This document shows positions 9,707 through 18,723 of a stretch of 64,000 bases of DNA, piece by piece. The notes under the pieces are model-generated. The model ran no database searches. It worked only from the letters and a program-made list of their open reading frames with translations, and had not been told where the DNA came from. Position 1 is the stretch's first letter. The number at the start of each line of letters is the position of its first letter. A program made the position numbers and the translations under genes. The DNA lies in the UHGV virus genome UHGV-1364187; one strand, given 5' to 3'. This DNA is from a virus.

Positions 9707-12352
9707 TTAGTATTTATATATAATGTTACTTTCAGGATATTCATCATCAGATTTAAGTAAAATAAGATCAATATTATTGTATGGAATTTCTTGATTATGA
9801 GAAATCATAATAACTTGTTCTAATCCTAATTCATCGATCATTTTATACATTACATCTATAAATCTTCGCCTATTATGACTATCTAATTGTCCATCAGCTT
9901 CATCCAATTCAAATATATTATACTTAGTTGATGATTGATATAATATGCTGAATGACAATATCATAGATACAATAGCTTCTTGTCCAGATGACATAGAACT
10001 TACATCATCATGTGGCAATGTACCACCAATACATGGTATTTTGAATTCATTTTCATCTATATTAAATGGTAATAATGAATATTCTCCATCAAATACTATA
10101 TCCATTAGACTATTAGCTATATTTAATGTAGAATTTGAATATAAAGCCATAAACACTAACCCTATTCCTTTAGTTGGAGAACAATGTTTCTTTATGAGTT
10201 CTATCTTAGCATATTTAGTATTATATTCTTCTAATTCTACTAAATATCCTTCTAATAATTTAAGACTATGTCTTAATGTATCTCTATCATCTATAAGAGG
10301 TTTTATGACATTATTAATCTGATCTAGTTTTATCTTAGTTTGTTCTATAAGATTTAAATTTTGTTGAATAATTTGCATAGATGATTGTAAAGTATACACT
10401 TTTGAATTTAAATCTGATATTTGATTTTCTATATTATCGTATTCTTGTTTATATGATAACACTTTTTGAATTTGTTCTAATAACGTAGTCTTTGTATTGT
10501 AATTTGATCTTAATTCGTTAAGTTTATCATTATTATCACTTATCTTTATATCAATTCCATTAATATCTTCAAATAATATAGATATAGATTTCTCTATATA
10601 TAATATCATATCTTTCTTTGAAGATAATTGTTGATATTGAACATTAAGATTATCTAATCTAGATTTAGTATTTGTATACAATAGAAGAATACTACTATCT
10701 TCCATATATTTATGAATAAGATCTACTTCTTTATTCAGATAATAATAATTCTGTATACATGATATTACATCTATAGATATATTAACTTGATCTAGAATGG
10801 TTTTATAATTATTAACCATTCTATTACATATATCTATATCATTCTTACATTTGATAATCTCTATATTCTTAACTTTATCTGAGTATAGAGATTGTAGTTT
10901 GATATCAAGTTCTTTTTTCTCTAATTCTAATCTATCTATATTTTCTTGTGGATTTTGATTTAGAGCATCTATAGCACTCTTAATAAATGGGCAAGAATCT
11001 ATATTACAATTAGATGGTCTATTATCTAATACTTTTATGATATCCAATAATGTATTGTATCTTGTAATTTCATTTGATATGAATACTAGTCTACTTTCAA
11101 TATTAGATATATCTTTATCATAATCTATATTGGATATATTATCTATAGATTGTATAACATCAACTGTATATTTATCTCTTACCATAGATATATTATTAAC
11201 AATATCTGATAATATACTAAGAACAGATTGTAAGAATTCTATTGTAAATCCTCTATCAACAATAGACTTCTCTTTTATAATATCATCATATTGTTTAACT
11301 TCTTCTGTTAATGTTTTAATCTCATTTTCTAATTGATTATAATCATATTCAGATTGTAAAGATGCAATTTCTGTTTGATGTTTCTGTAATTCATTACTTT
11401 TAGATTCTCTATTAGATAATAAAGACATATTATTATTCTCTAATATTTTAATTTCTGTATTAAGATTTGTTATTTCATTTGATGTGTTTGAATATAAATT
11501 ACTTATACCTTTAAGATCGAAGTTGTATGATTTACATATAGAAACAATCTGATTAGCAACAGATTTCTTATTATTAGTAATTTCCATCAATGATGTACAT
11601 AAAGAATTATATGTTTCTTGTATGGACCCATCTGGATCATTCAATTGAATAATACTTTTATATTTTGCTAATTCTTCTACAATAAGATCTTTCTCGTACA
11701 TAGCTTTATTTAATCTTTCTTCAACTCCAGTTAAAGAGTTAGTAAGATATTCTCTATCTCCAATAGAAGAGATTTTAGCTGTTGTAGAATTTATAAACGA
11801 TTTAAATATAGAAGATCTCTTTACTAGAACTTTATACATATCATTATAATCTGTAAGCTCTGTAATAATAGAGTTCATGAATTTCTTTCTTTCACTTGGA
11901 GTCATACTAACTATACTTCTACATCTTTGTCCTAATTTACTTAATATAAGAAAGTTAGCATCTAAACCAAGTTCATTATATAAAGCTTCTTTATATGAAT
12001 TGACATTAAGGTTTGGATTAAGATCTATTAGTTCACCATCATCATTTAGTTTATGAAAATGAATCTTTGTTGTATCCCTTAATCCATTGCTCTTTACATT
12101 GTATAATATCTTTATGAAATATTGATTATCTATATCGATCTCTTTACATGCTGGAATTTCTGGAATTAAACTACTACTATCATCTGGCAAAGGATTAATA
12201 GCATTTAGTAATGATGATTTACCAGTTCCATTCATACCAGCTATAACAATTATTTTGTTTATAGATTTCGATAAATCTATTTCAATTTCATCTAAATTAA
12301 GTCCGTTCTTTATACCTATAAAACCAGTTAATTTAACTCGTGTATATCTCAT
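9707..12352 (-). CDS. Rad50/SbcC-like ATPase (T4 gp46-like recombination/repair ATPase)
   Basis: N-terminal Walker A GMNGTGKSSLLNAI, about 600 aa of coiled-coil-like sequence, then C-terminal ABC signature SGQEAIVS and Walker B/D-loop IFELDEADGQLD. Confidence 0.8.
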   Translation of the reverse strand: MRYTRVKLTGFIGIKNGLNLDEIEIDLSKSINKIIVIAGMNGTGKSSLLNAINPLPDDSSSLIPEIPACKEIDIDNQYFIKILYNVKSNGLRDTTKIHFHKLNDDGELIDLNPNLNVNSYKEALYNELGLDANFLILSKLGQRCRSIVSMTPSERKKFMNSIITELTDYNDMYKVLVKRSSIFKSFINSTTAKISSIGDREYLTNSLTGVEERLNKAMYEKDLIVEELAKYKSIIQLNDPDGSIQETYNSLCTSLMEITNNKKSVANQIVSICKSYNFDLKGISNLYSNTSNEITNLNTEIKILENNNMSLLSNRESKSNELQKHQTEIASLQSEYDYNQLENEIKTLTEEVKQYDDIIKEKSIVDRGFTIEFLQSVLSILSDIVNNISMVRDKYTVDVIQSIDNISNIDYDKDISNIESRLVFISNEITRYNTLLDIIKVLDNRPSNCNIDSCPFIKSAIDALNQNPQENIDRLELEKKELDIKLQSLYSDKVKNIEIIKCKNDIDICNRMVNNYKTILDQVNISIDVISCIQNYYYLNKEVDLIHKYMEDSSILLLYTNTKSRLDNLNVQYQQLSSKKDMILYIEKSISILFEDINGIDIKISDNNDKLNELRSNYNTKTTLLEQIQKVLSYKQEYDNIENQISDLNSKVYTLQSSMQIIQQNLNLIEQTKIKLDQINNVIKPLIDDRDTLRHSLKLLEGYLVELEEYNTKYAKIELIKKHCSPTKGIGLVFMALYSNSTLNIANSLMDIVFDGEYSLLPFNIDENEFKIPCIGGTLPHDDVSSMSSGQEAIVSMILSFSILYQSSTKYNIFELDEADGQLDSHNRRRFIDVMYKMIDELGLEQVIMISHNQEIPYNNIDLILLKSDDEYPESNIIYKY

Positions 12353-12414
12353 TATAAGCACCTCTTTTCGTTATTATAGATAAGTTAACGATACAATAAA
12401 AATATAAAGAGAGA

Positions 12415-13626
12415 TTAACTCTCTTTATATTTTTTCATTAATAAGTCTAAATTTTTCTTTGAAATTTTACCTTTATCAATGGACAAAGTTACAATAATAT
12501 GAGAATCTGTTACATTTTGAACATTAGTAACATTAATTTCTTGCAGATTTAAAAATGTTTTAGAACTATCATCTGATGCAACATCAACTCCAATTAATTC
12601 TACTTCATTTTTAATTTCTGGAACGTTTAATAGGTTATAGTCTTGTTGTTTTGTAAATCTTTCTGTATATACTCTTCTGCGATAATCATCTAAGATTCTG
12701 TCTGTTTCTTTAAGATTATATTCTGATTCATATATGTTTGTTGATGTTTTATGCCTTAATTTATCAGCTTCAATATGTAAGTTTTCAACAGTTTCATCTA
12801 CCAATTTTTTGTAAGTATTATTATAACGATCATCTAATGTATTTTTCATCAATTTTGCAGTTCTTGATAATTCATCTAAATCTTTACAAATATACGAATC
12901 TCCGCATTCTATATTTGATTTAGACTTGTCATATTCTTCTAGAGCTTTTTTAATCTCATCTTTTACAAGTTGTCGTATTGTATCAATATAATTTACAGGA
13001 ATACCTTTACTTGGTTTAATATCATAATCTAATATAATATTACCTCTGGTATTAGAAGTATATTCAATCATAAAAATGTAGCATTTAATAATACCTACAG
13101 TATTATTGATATCATACTTATGATCTACTGTATATAAATTATTAGCAATAATATTAAGATTTTTAAACTGTTTTTCGTCTTCATATTCTCGTCTAAATAA
13201 TTCAACCCAATCAGGATTTTGTTTCTCATTCTCTCTATTTATCAGATGATTAATTCTATCATATTCATCAACTTTTATGTATATTGGTAGTAATCTAATA
13301 TTGTTTTCTAGACAATATTTTCTATAGTTTTCATACATATCTACTGGTCCTTGAACAATAAATAGACTACCATCATCAAGTTCTGACTTGTGTGTAGCAT
13401 AATTCCATTCACCATTAGTAGTATTATATGTTCTCTTTTCAAAATATTCATATTCATAACATTTCATATTTTCTAAGAATCTATATTCACTGTCATCTTC
13501 TCCATCTCTTCTAGGGCGATCAGTATCAAGTTTAATTCTTTTTATATCAAGTTCTTCTACCAATTTATTTGTAATAGTTGTCTTTCCGCTTCCTGTTTTT
13601 CCTAAGATAAAAATTATAGTTTTCAT
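12415..13626 (-). CDS. guanylate-kinase-like P-loop nucleotide kinase with a long C-terminal extension
   Basis: GKTGSGKTT Walker A plus TDRPRRDGEDDSEYRF (GK-type T-x-R-x-x-R-x-G-E-x-D-x-x-Y-x-F). About 200 extra C-terminal residues have no recognised motif. The start MKTII follows AAGGAGG. Confidence 0.65.
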   Translation of the reverse strand: MKTIIFILGKTGSGKTTITNKLVEELDIKRIKLDTDRPRRDGEDDSEYRFLENMKCYEYEYFEKRTYNTTNGEWNYATHKSELDDGSLFIVQGPVDMYENYRKYCLENNIRLLPIYIKVDEYDRINHLINRENEKQNPDWVELFRREYEDEKQFKNLNIIANNLYTVDHKYDINNTVGIIKCYIFMIEYTSNTRGNIILDYDIKPSKGIPVNYIDTIRQLVKDEIKKALEEYDKSKSNIECGDSYICKDLDELSRTAKLMKNTLDDRYNNTYKKLVDETVENLHIEADKLRHKTSTNIYESEYNLKETDRILDDYRRRVYTERFTKQQDYNLLNVPEIKNEVELIGVDVASDDSSKTFLNLQEINVTNVQNVTDSHIIVTLSIDKGKISKKNLDLLMKKYKES

Positions 13627-13935
13627 ATTATTCTTCCTCCTTATTTTCAAGTAATTCTATTAATTCTGGATATTTTTCTATATCTAGTTTGATTTTAAAA
13701 TCCAATATATGCTCATCATTATTGTATGCTATTTCAGTAATATAACATCCAGGATAACACTACTCTATATCTTTTTTATATTTATCTATATGTGCTTCAT
13801 TCGTATTTACAAAGTTATATGTCTTTTTGCATTTTTCTATTTTATCTATTATATTTTCTATAATTCTTTTATTTTTTATATTCATACACATAATTATATA
13901 ACCTCCTTAAATTATTATATTTATGTACTGTATGA

Positions 13936-13975
13936 TATAAAAAAATAAAAAAGAAGAGGATTAGTCCTCTTCTTT
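13936..13975 (-). terminator. rho-independent terminator
   Basis: 10-bp stem aagaagagga/tcctcttctt, followed on the minus strand by ttttatttttttat. Confidence 0.7.
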
Positions 13976-14257
13976 TGTAAATTTTATAATAAAGTTATTT
14001 ATACGTGTATTTGTTTGTAAAGGAATTGGTATACCATTTTCCCATAATATAAGATATTTCATTCTACACTTATTACACTTAAAATAACTTATATAATTAG
14101 CAGCTTTATCTATAGATGAAAAATTATTCATCCTAAGCATTAATTGATAATTCATAGGTCTTCCATTAATATCATACAATTCAATAGAATGTTCAGATAA
14201 ACAATTTCTACATACAGAGTATGGTACTATTATTGCTGGTATCTCTAATGAACCCAT
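13961..14257 (-). CDS. small Cys-rich (zinc-ribbon-like) hypothetical protein
   Basis: Contains CRNC...CNKC Cys pairs. 98 aa. Confidence 0.5.
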   Translation of the reverse strand: MGSLEIPAIIVPYSVCRNCLSEHSIELYDINGRPMNYQLMLRMNNFSSIDKAANYISYFKCNKCRMKYLILWENGIPIPLQTNTRINNFIIKFTKEED

Positions 14258-14269
14258 AAATGATCCTCC

Positions 14270-14911
14270 TTATAGAATAGCATATATTCCATTATTAACA
14301 ATTAGTTCATTAATAGGATCATCTAGTTGTTTAGATAATTCATATATGTCTAATCCTTTCTCTTCTGATAAAGATTTAAATATATCTTTAATTTTAGCAT
14401 CTTCTAATAATTTATCAATATCTGCTACGCTACTACATGTATCTTTAACCAGTTGTATTACCATTATATATGGAATATAATTTTCATATACATATCCTTC
14501 ATATAATCCAATATCTGATATAATCAATTTAAAAATTGCTCCTGTTGTTCTGATATATGAATAATAAGATAGTTCTTGTAAACCATATTTATAATTTAAA
14601 GTCATACATTTAACTTTATTATCCATTGGGTTGTTCATATGTGATAGTATAATATTACCATCATCAACATCACCCATGATTGCATAATATTCTGTATTGT
14701 TTAATTCATAAAATTTTGTACATATACAATTATTTACATCATGTTTTTTATCAAAGTATGCCACAGGAATACTCATCCATTTAGGAAGAGGTTTCCAACA
14801 TGATTGTGGTGTATTTATAATACCTTTTACTGCTCTATAAATAGATATTATTTTTGGTTCATATGCAAGTTCATTTACTTCTTTTTGTGATAAAAATAAT
14901 TCATTATACAT
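14270..14911 (-). CDS. hypothetical protein
   Basis: 213-aa ORF in an operon. Confidence 0.5.
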   Translation of the reverse strand: MYNELFLSQKEVNELAYEPKIISIYRAVKGIINTPQSCWKPLPKWMSIPVAYFDKKHDVNNCICTKFYELNNTEYYAIMGDVDDGNIILSHMNNPMDNKVKCMTLNYKYGLQELSYYSYIRTTGAIFKLIISDIGLYEGYVYENYIPYIMVIQLVKDTCSSVADIDKLLEDAKIKDIFKSLSEEKGLDIYELSKQLDDPINELIVNNGIYAIL

Positions 14912-15225
14912 TATATAATTCCCCTTTCATAATCACTATATCTATAAAATGGATTGAATTGAACTTTTTGTTGTTCAAATTCTGGTTCGTGTTCTCCAGA
15001 ACCATCATCAATGAAATATCCATCTATACTATTTCCTGTATATGGATATTTACTATGGCATTTCAAACATTCAATATAACTTTCTCCATATTCACATGTC
15101 TGGAATGGTTTACCATTAACGTCGATATATGTCTCCTCAGTCATTGTTTCTATTATTCTAAAATGAATACTTCCACAATGTGGACATCTTGTTACATCTG
15201 TCAAAAATGCTGGGATAATTAACAT
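14911..15225 (-). CDS. small zinc-ribbon hypothetical protein
   Basis: Contains CPHCGS...CLKCHS. Confidence 0.5.
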   Translation of the reverse strand: MLIIPAFLTDVTRCPHCGSIHFRIIETMTEETYIDVNGKPFQTCEYGESYIECLKCHSKYPYTGNSIDGYFIDDGSGEHEPEFEQQKVQFNPFYRYSDYERGII

Positions 15226-15230
15226 ATCAA

Positions 15231-15464
15231 TTACCCCCTTAGATTTGTTACTTTTGGTTTTGTAAACTTAACTTCTGATTCTTCACCTTGATAAACAATG
15301 ATAGTATCTTTAAATCTATCATTGTATTTGTTTGATATCTCTGTAAATAATCTAGCTTCTCCACCAACCATTACAGTTCCAGGAATATATTTTCTTCCTA
15401 TTTTCTTTTCTAATTCTAGTCTTTTCTTATGTTGCTCTTTTGAATATAGAAAATACTTAATCAT
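15231..15464 (-). CDS. hypothetical protein
   Basis: 77-aa ORF, tightly packed with its neighbours. Confidence 0.4.
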   Translation of the reverse strand: MIKYFLYSKEQHKKRLELEKKIGRKYIPGTVMVGGEARLFTEISNKYNDRFKDTIIVYQGEESEVKFTKPKVTNLRG

Positions 15465-15543
15465 ATAAATTCCTCCTTTAAGATTAGAAATTATATAATT
15501 GTTATAGATTGGATAAGTATCTATATAGATACTTATCCTTTTA

Positions 15544-17265
15544 CTATTTTTCTATATATGCTGGTACGAATGTTCCTGGGATAATTAAAGAATTTTCTTC
15601 TACCTTCCTCACATAATCTACAGTATTCTGTAGACAACATGCAGCTTCTTTCAGAATTTCAATTTCTTCATCATCACCTTGCCCAAGAACTTTCTTCTTA
15701 AATGTTGCACCTTCAACAAGCCCTACAGATTCTTTATATAGATTCATTAATTCACTAAATTTTTCTTCCCAAGAATTTGGTTCTTCAAAATCTTTAAAGA
15801 ATCCATCTTCTCTTAGATTAGAATATGGAGTAATATTTCCAGTTAATCCTGGATTAGAATCACTACTTGAACATGTATCAATATTACATAAGTTAGATAC
15901 ATCCATACGCCTTTGAATTTCAGATACATTAGAGCCAGTCTTTTCTCCAATACCAGATATACCTTTATAACTAAATTTAGTACAGAATATAGCATCATCT
16001 TCGTTAACACTATTTCGATAATTTACTAAACTACATTTTGTAATCTGTGATAATAGATAGTTTGGAGAAATATTGATAGCTTTTCTTATAGTAGAAATAG
16101 TTGCACGTTTACCACTTACTGAAATACGCTTAATACCATTAGATAATTTTATAGCATATAAAGATGCTAGATATTCATCTAATCTTACTCTCTTTAATGA
16201 TGAATCTTGGTTATCTTTCATCATAAGATCAGAGAAGTTTCTAATCATCCATAGTAATACTTTATAAATATCATCTTTATACTCTAAAGGTAATTTAATA
16301 GCAGCTTTTGTAGATGGATCGTAAATACCTTCTAGAGATTCTAACAGTTTAACACCTTTTTCATGACTGTATTTAGTGAGAGTTACATCATTATCCAAAC
16401 GATCTATCCAGTAATCTATAGTAAACAGATCTTCATATACTACATCTTTGTTAATCACTTTTAAGATTGTATATATAAGAGATTGTGTTACATAATCACT
16501 ATCGAATATCATTTTTGGAACTTGAATATAAATCTCATGTTTTTCAAATATATACATATTAGAATTATCATCTGGTTTGTCTTTTAATACCTTTATGCAA
16601 CCAATACCAGATTGCATAAAAGTACCCATCAAACCAAACTTAGCTAATAGATATTTGAATACTATAATATTCCTATTGAATATATTAGATGAATATAATA
16701 CAATAGGAAGTTCTTCACCATCAATAGTAGTCAATTTATTATGGAATCTAAATATCTTAATAGGCATAAATATAGTCTTTTGTGTTGTTGAAGCACATTT
16801 GGCATTAGTATTAGCATTATTATATGTGCTACCATCTACTATCTGAAACATTGGTAAATAGTAATTTCCTTGTAATTCAAAGTAATATTTATCTGTATAT
16901 CTTGGTAAATTAATAAGTACATCCAAATCTTCATACTTATCTCTAATACCAATTGTATAGTGCACAATCATAAGTCTAGTCTTAGAATTTCTAATTGGAA
17001 TATAATCATAGATATTTTCAATAGGTTTAGATATCCTATCAATCCTATCTTGTTCATATTTTCTCATAGTATTATAGATTTCTATTGGACTATCGATGAC
17101 TTCAAATGAATTTACTTTAATAGTGAAATATTTATCACGTTGACAAGTGAGAATTACATTCTGTAATTCTCTTACTATATTATCATCATTTCTTTGAAAT
17201 AGTTGCGGATTGAATCTTTCCCTTTCATCAAATGAGTAATTGTATAAAAGTTCAGGAATGTTCAT
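15544..17265 (-). CDS. multisubunit RNA polymerase beta subunit, N-terminal/middle fragment
   Basis: C-terminal part RRMDVSNLCNIDTCSSSDSNPGLTGNITPYSNLREDGF aligns with bacterial RpoB [40 protein letters not shown]. The ORF ends near the E. coli approximately-580 equivalent. Confidence 0.65.
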   Translation of the reverse strand: MNIPELLYNYSFDERERFNPQLFQRNDDNIVRELQNVILTCQRDKYFTIKVNSFEVIDSPIEIYNTMRKYEQDRIDRISKPIENIYDYIPIRNSKTRLMIVHYTIGIRDKYEDLDVLINLPRYTDKYYFELQGNYYLPMFQIVDGSTYNNANTNAKCASTTQKTIFMPIKIFRFHNKLTTIDGEELPIVLYSSNIFNRNIIVFKYLLAKFGLMGTFMQSGIGCIKVLKDKPDDNSNMYIFEKHEIYIQVPKMIFDSDYVTQSLIYTILKVINKDVVYEDLFTIDYWIDRLDNDVTLTKYSHEKGVKLLESLEGIYDPSTKAAIKLPLEYKDDIYKVLLWMIRNFSDLMMKDNQDSSLKRVRLDEYLASLYAIKLSNGIKRISVSGKRATISTIRKAINISPNYLLSQITKCSLVNYRNSVNEDDAIFCTKFSYKGISGIGEKTGSNVSEIQRRMDVSNLCNIDTCSSSDSNPGLTGNITPYSNLREDGFFKDFEEPNSWEEKFSELMNLYKESVGLVEGATFKKKVLGQGDDEEIEILKEAACCLQNTVDYVRKVEENSLIIPGTFVPAYIEK

Positions 17266-17883
17266 CTATTCTTCATCCTCTCCAATATAATTCAATGGAA
17301 TTTTTATCTCTCTTCCAATTGGATTTGGTGCACCAGGTTTATCTTCTATAATAAGTGTTACATTCATATCTAAATTATCAGATATACTCTTTAATTTAGG
17401 AAATGTAATACTATTAGAGTTTGATATAATACGTTTATCATTATTAAAAGAAGCACCAAATCTATCTTGATATTTGTCTATATCAATATGCTTCTCAATA
17501 ATAGCCTGTCTTAAACCTGCCATCTCTGGTGTATCGTCTTGATTAATCTTAGGAACATAGGCTTCTGTAGAAGAACTTATAACTTCACTCTCTAGTTCTT
17601 TTAACATATGATTCATTTGAATAAGTTCTTTCATATTTTCACAATCATCAAAATTTAATATATTTGATGACATATATGGTTCTTGATTTTGTTCTTGTGG
17701 TTTAATATAATAAGAACCAACTGGATTAGAATAGAATCCAGGTAATACTCCACCTGCACCTAAATATGGTAATATATAATCTCCACATTGTACAGCCACA
17801 TCACCACGTTGATATTGATTATGGATATTGTTATTGTTAGTAACTACATCATAAATCCTATTGTTCAATTTTATCTTTTTCAT
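17266..17883 (-). CDS. hypothetical protein
   Basis: 205-aa ORF. Its stop abuts the start of the RNAP beta N-fragment. Confidence 0.5.
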   Translation of the reverse strand: MKKIKLNNRIYDVVTNNNNIHNQYQRGDVAVQCGDYILPYLGAGGVLPGFYSNPVGSYYIKPQEQNQEPYMSSNILNFDDCENMKELIQMNHMLKELESEVISSSTEAYVPKINQDDTPEMAGLRQAIIEKHIDIDKYQDRFGASFNNDKRIISNSNSITFPKLKSISDNLDMNVTLIIEDKPGAPNPIGREIKIPLNYIGEDEE

Positions 17884-17898
17884 TATAAAATCCTCCTT

Positions 17899-17943
17899 GA
17901 AAAAATAAATCTCGCATATAATAACTAAGATTATATGCGAGAT
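17899..17943 (-). terminator. rho-independent terminator
   Basis: 13-bp perfect stem atctcgcatataa/ttatatgcgagat, followed on the minus strand by ttatttttttc. Confidence 0.7.
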
Positions 17944-17963
17944 AATATGTTTATAAAACCTGA

Positions 17964-18563
17964 TTAAGCAACTTTTTCTGATGCATCAGATTTTACTTTT
18001 TGACGAATTTCTTCATCTGGAATTACACTGAATACTTTATGTCCTTCTTCAAATGCAACTTGTGCTGTGAAATATCCATCACATTCAAGTTCAACAACTT
18101 CTGAATCTTTTGCATTTACATCAAGCCATTTATATAGTTCATCTGCAAATACACTAAACATATCTACTAAGAAGCATGTTTGATTGAATTTTAATCCTGT
18201 TTCTTTGAATGAAGAAGATAATGCTACATTTTGGAAGAATGAGTCATGGATTGTATACACTTGACAATCTTCAATATCTTTAGGATCAAATGTAAATGTT
18301 AAAGACCATTCTCCAGGAGCATCTTCTGTTTCTGCTGGAGTATAACTTACAATACCTGCAAATTTTGTTACATTTTCATAGTTTTGAATAGCTAATGCTA
18401 CTTTATTATCTTTTGATTTTACCATAGCTAAAAAGTCTGCAATAGATACAATGAATGATTGTGCTACAGGTGGACATGCCTGAGCTTCCCAAGATAAATT
18501 CTTTGTTTCTAAAGCCTTTACGTAATTCATTCCTAATGTACTTTCTGCTAATGTTTGTTTCAT
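17964..18563 (-). CDS. acidic hypothetical protein
   Basis: 199-aa ORF with a strong RBS and its own terminator. Confidence 0.55.
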   Translation of the reverse strand: MKQTLAESTLGMNYVKALETKNLSWEAQACPPVAQSFIVSIADFLAMVKSKDNKVALAIQNYENVTKFAGIVSYTPAETEDAPGEWSLTFTFDPKDIEDCQVYTIHDSFFQNVALSSSFKETGLKFNQTCFLVDMFSVFADELYKWLDVNAKDSEVVELECDGYFTAQVAFEEGHKVFSVIPDEEIRQKVKSDASEKVA

Positions 18564-18723
18564 AATAAATTCCTCCTATTTATAAAAGATTATATTTTTT
18601 TAAGTAATATTCATTACTTATACACCTTAATAATATATAATTGAAATTTATATTACTCTGGTATTTTTTCTAATTACAATATAGTTTACTTGCAGTTAAA
18701 GTTTTAATATAAAGAATAGTATA

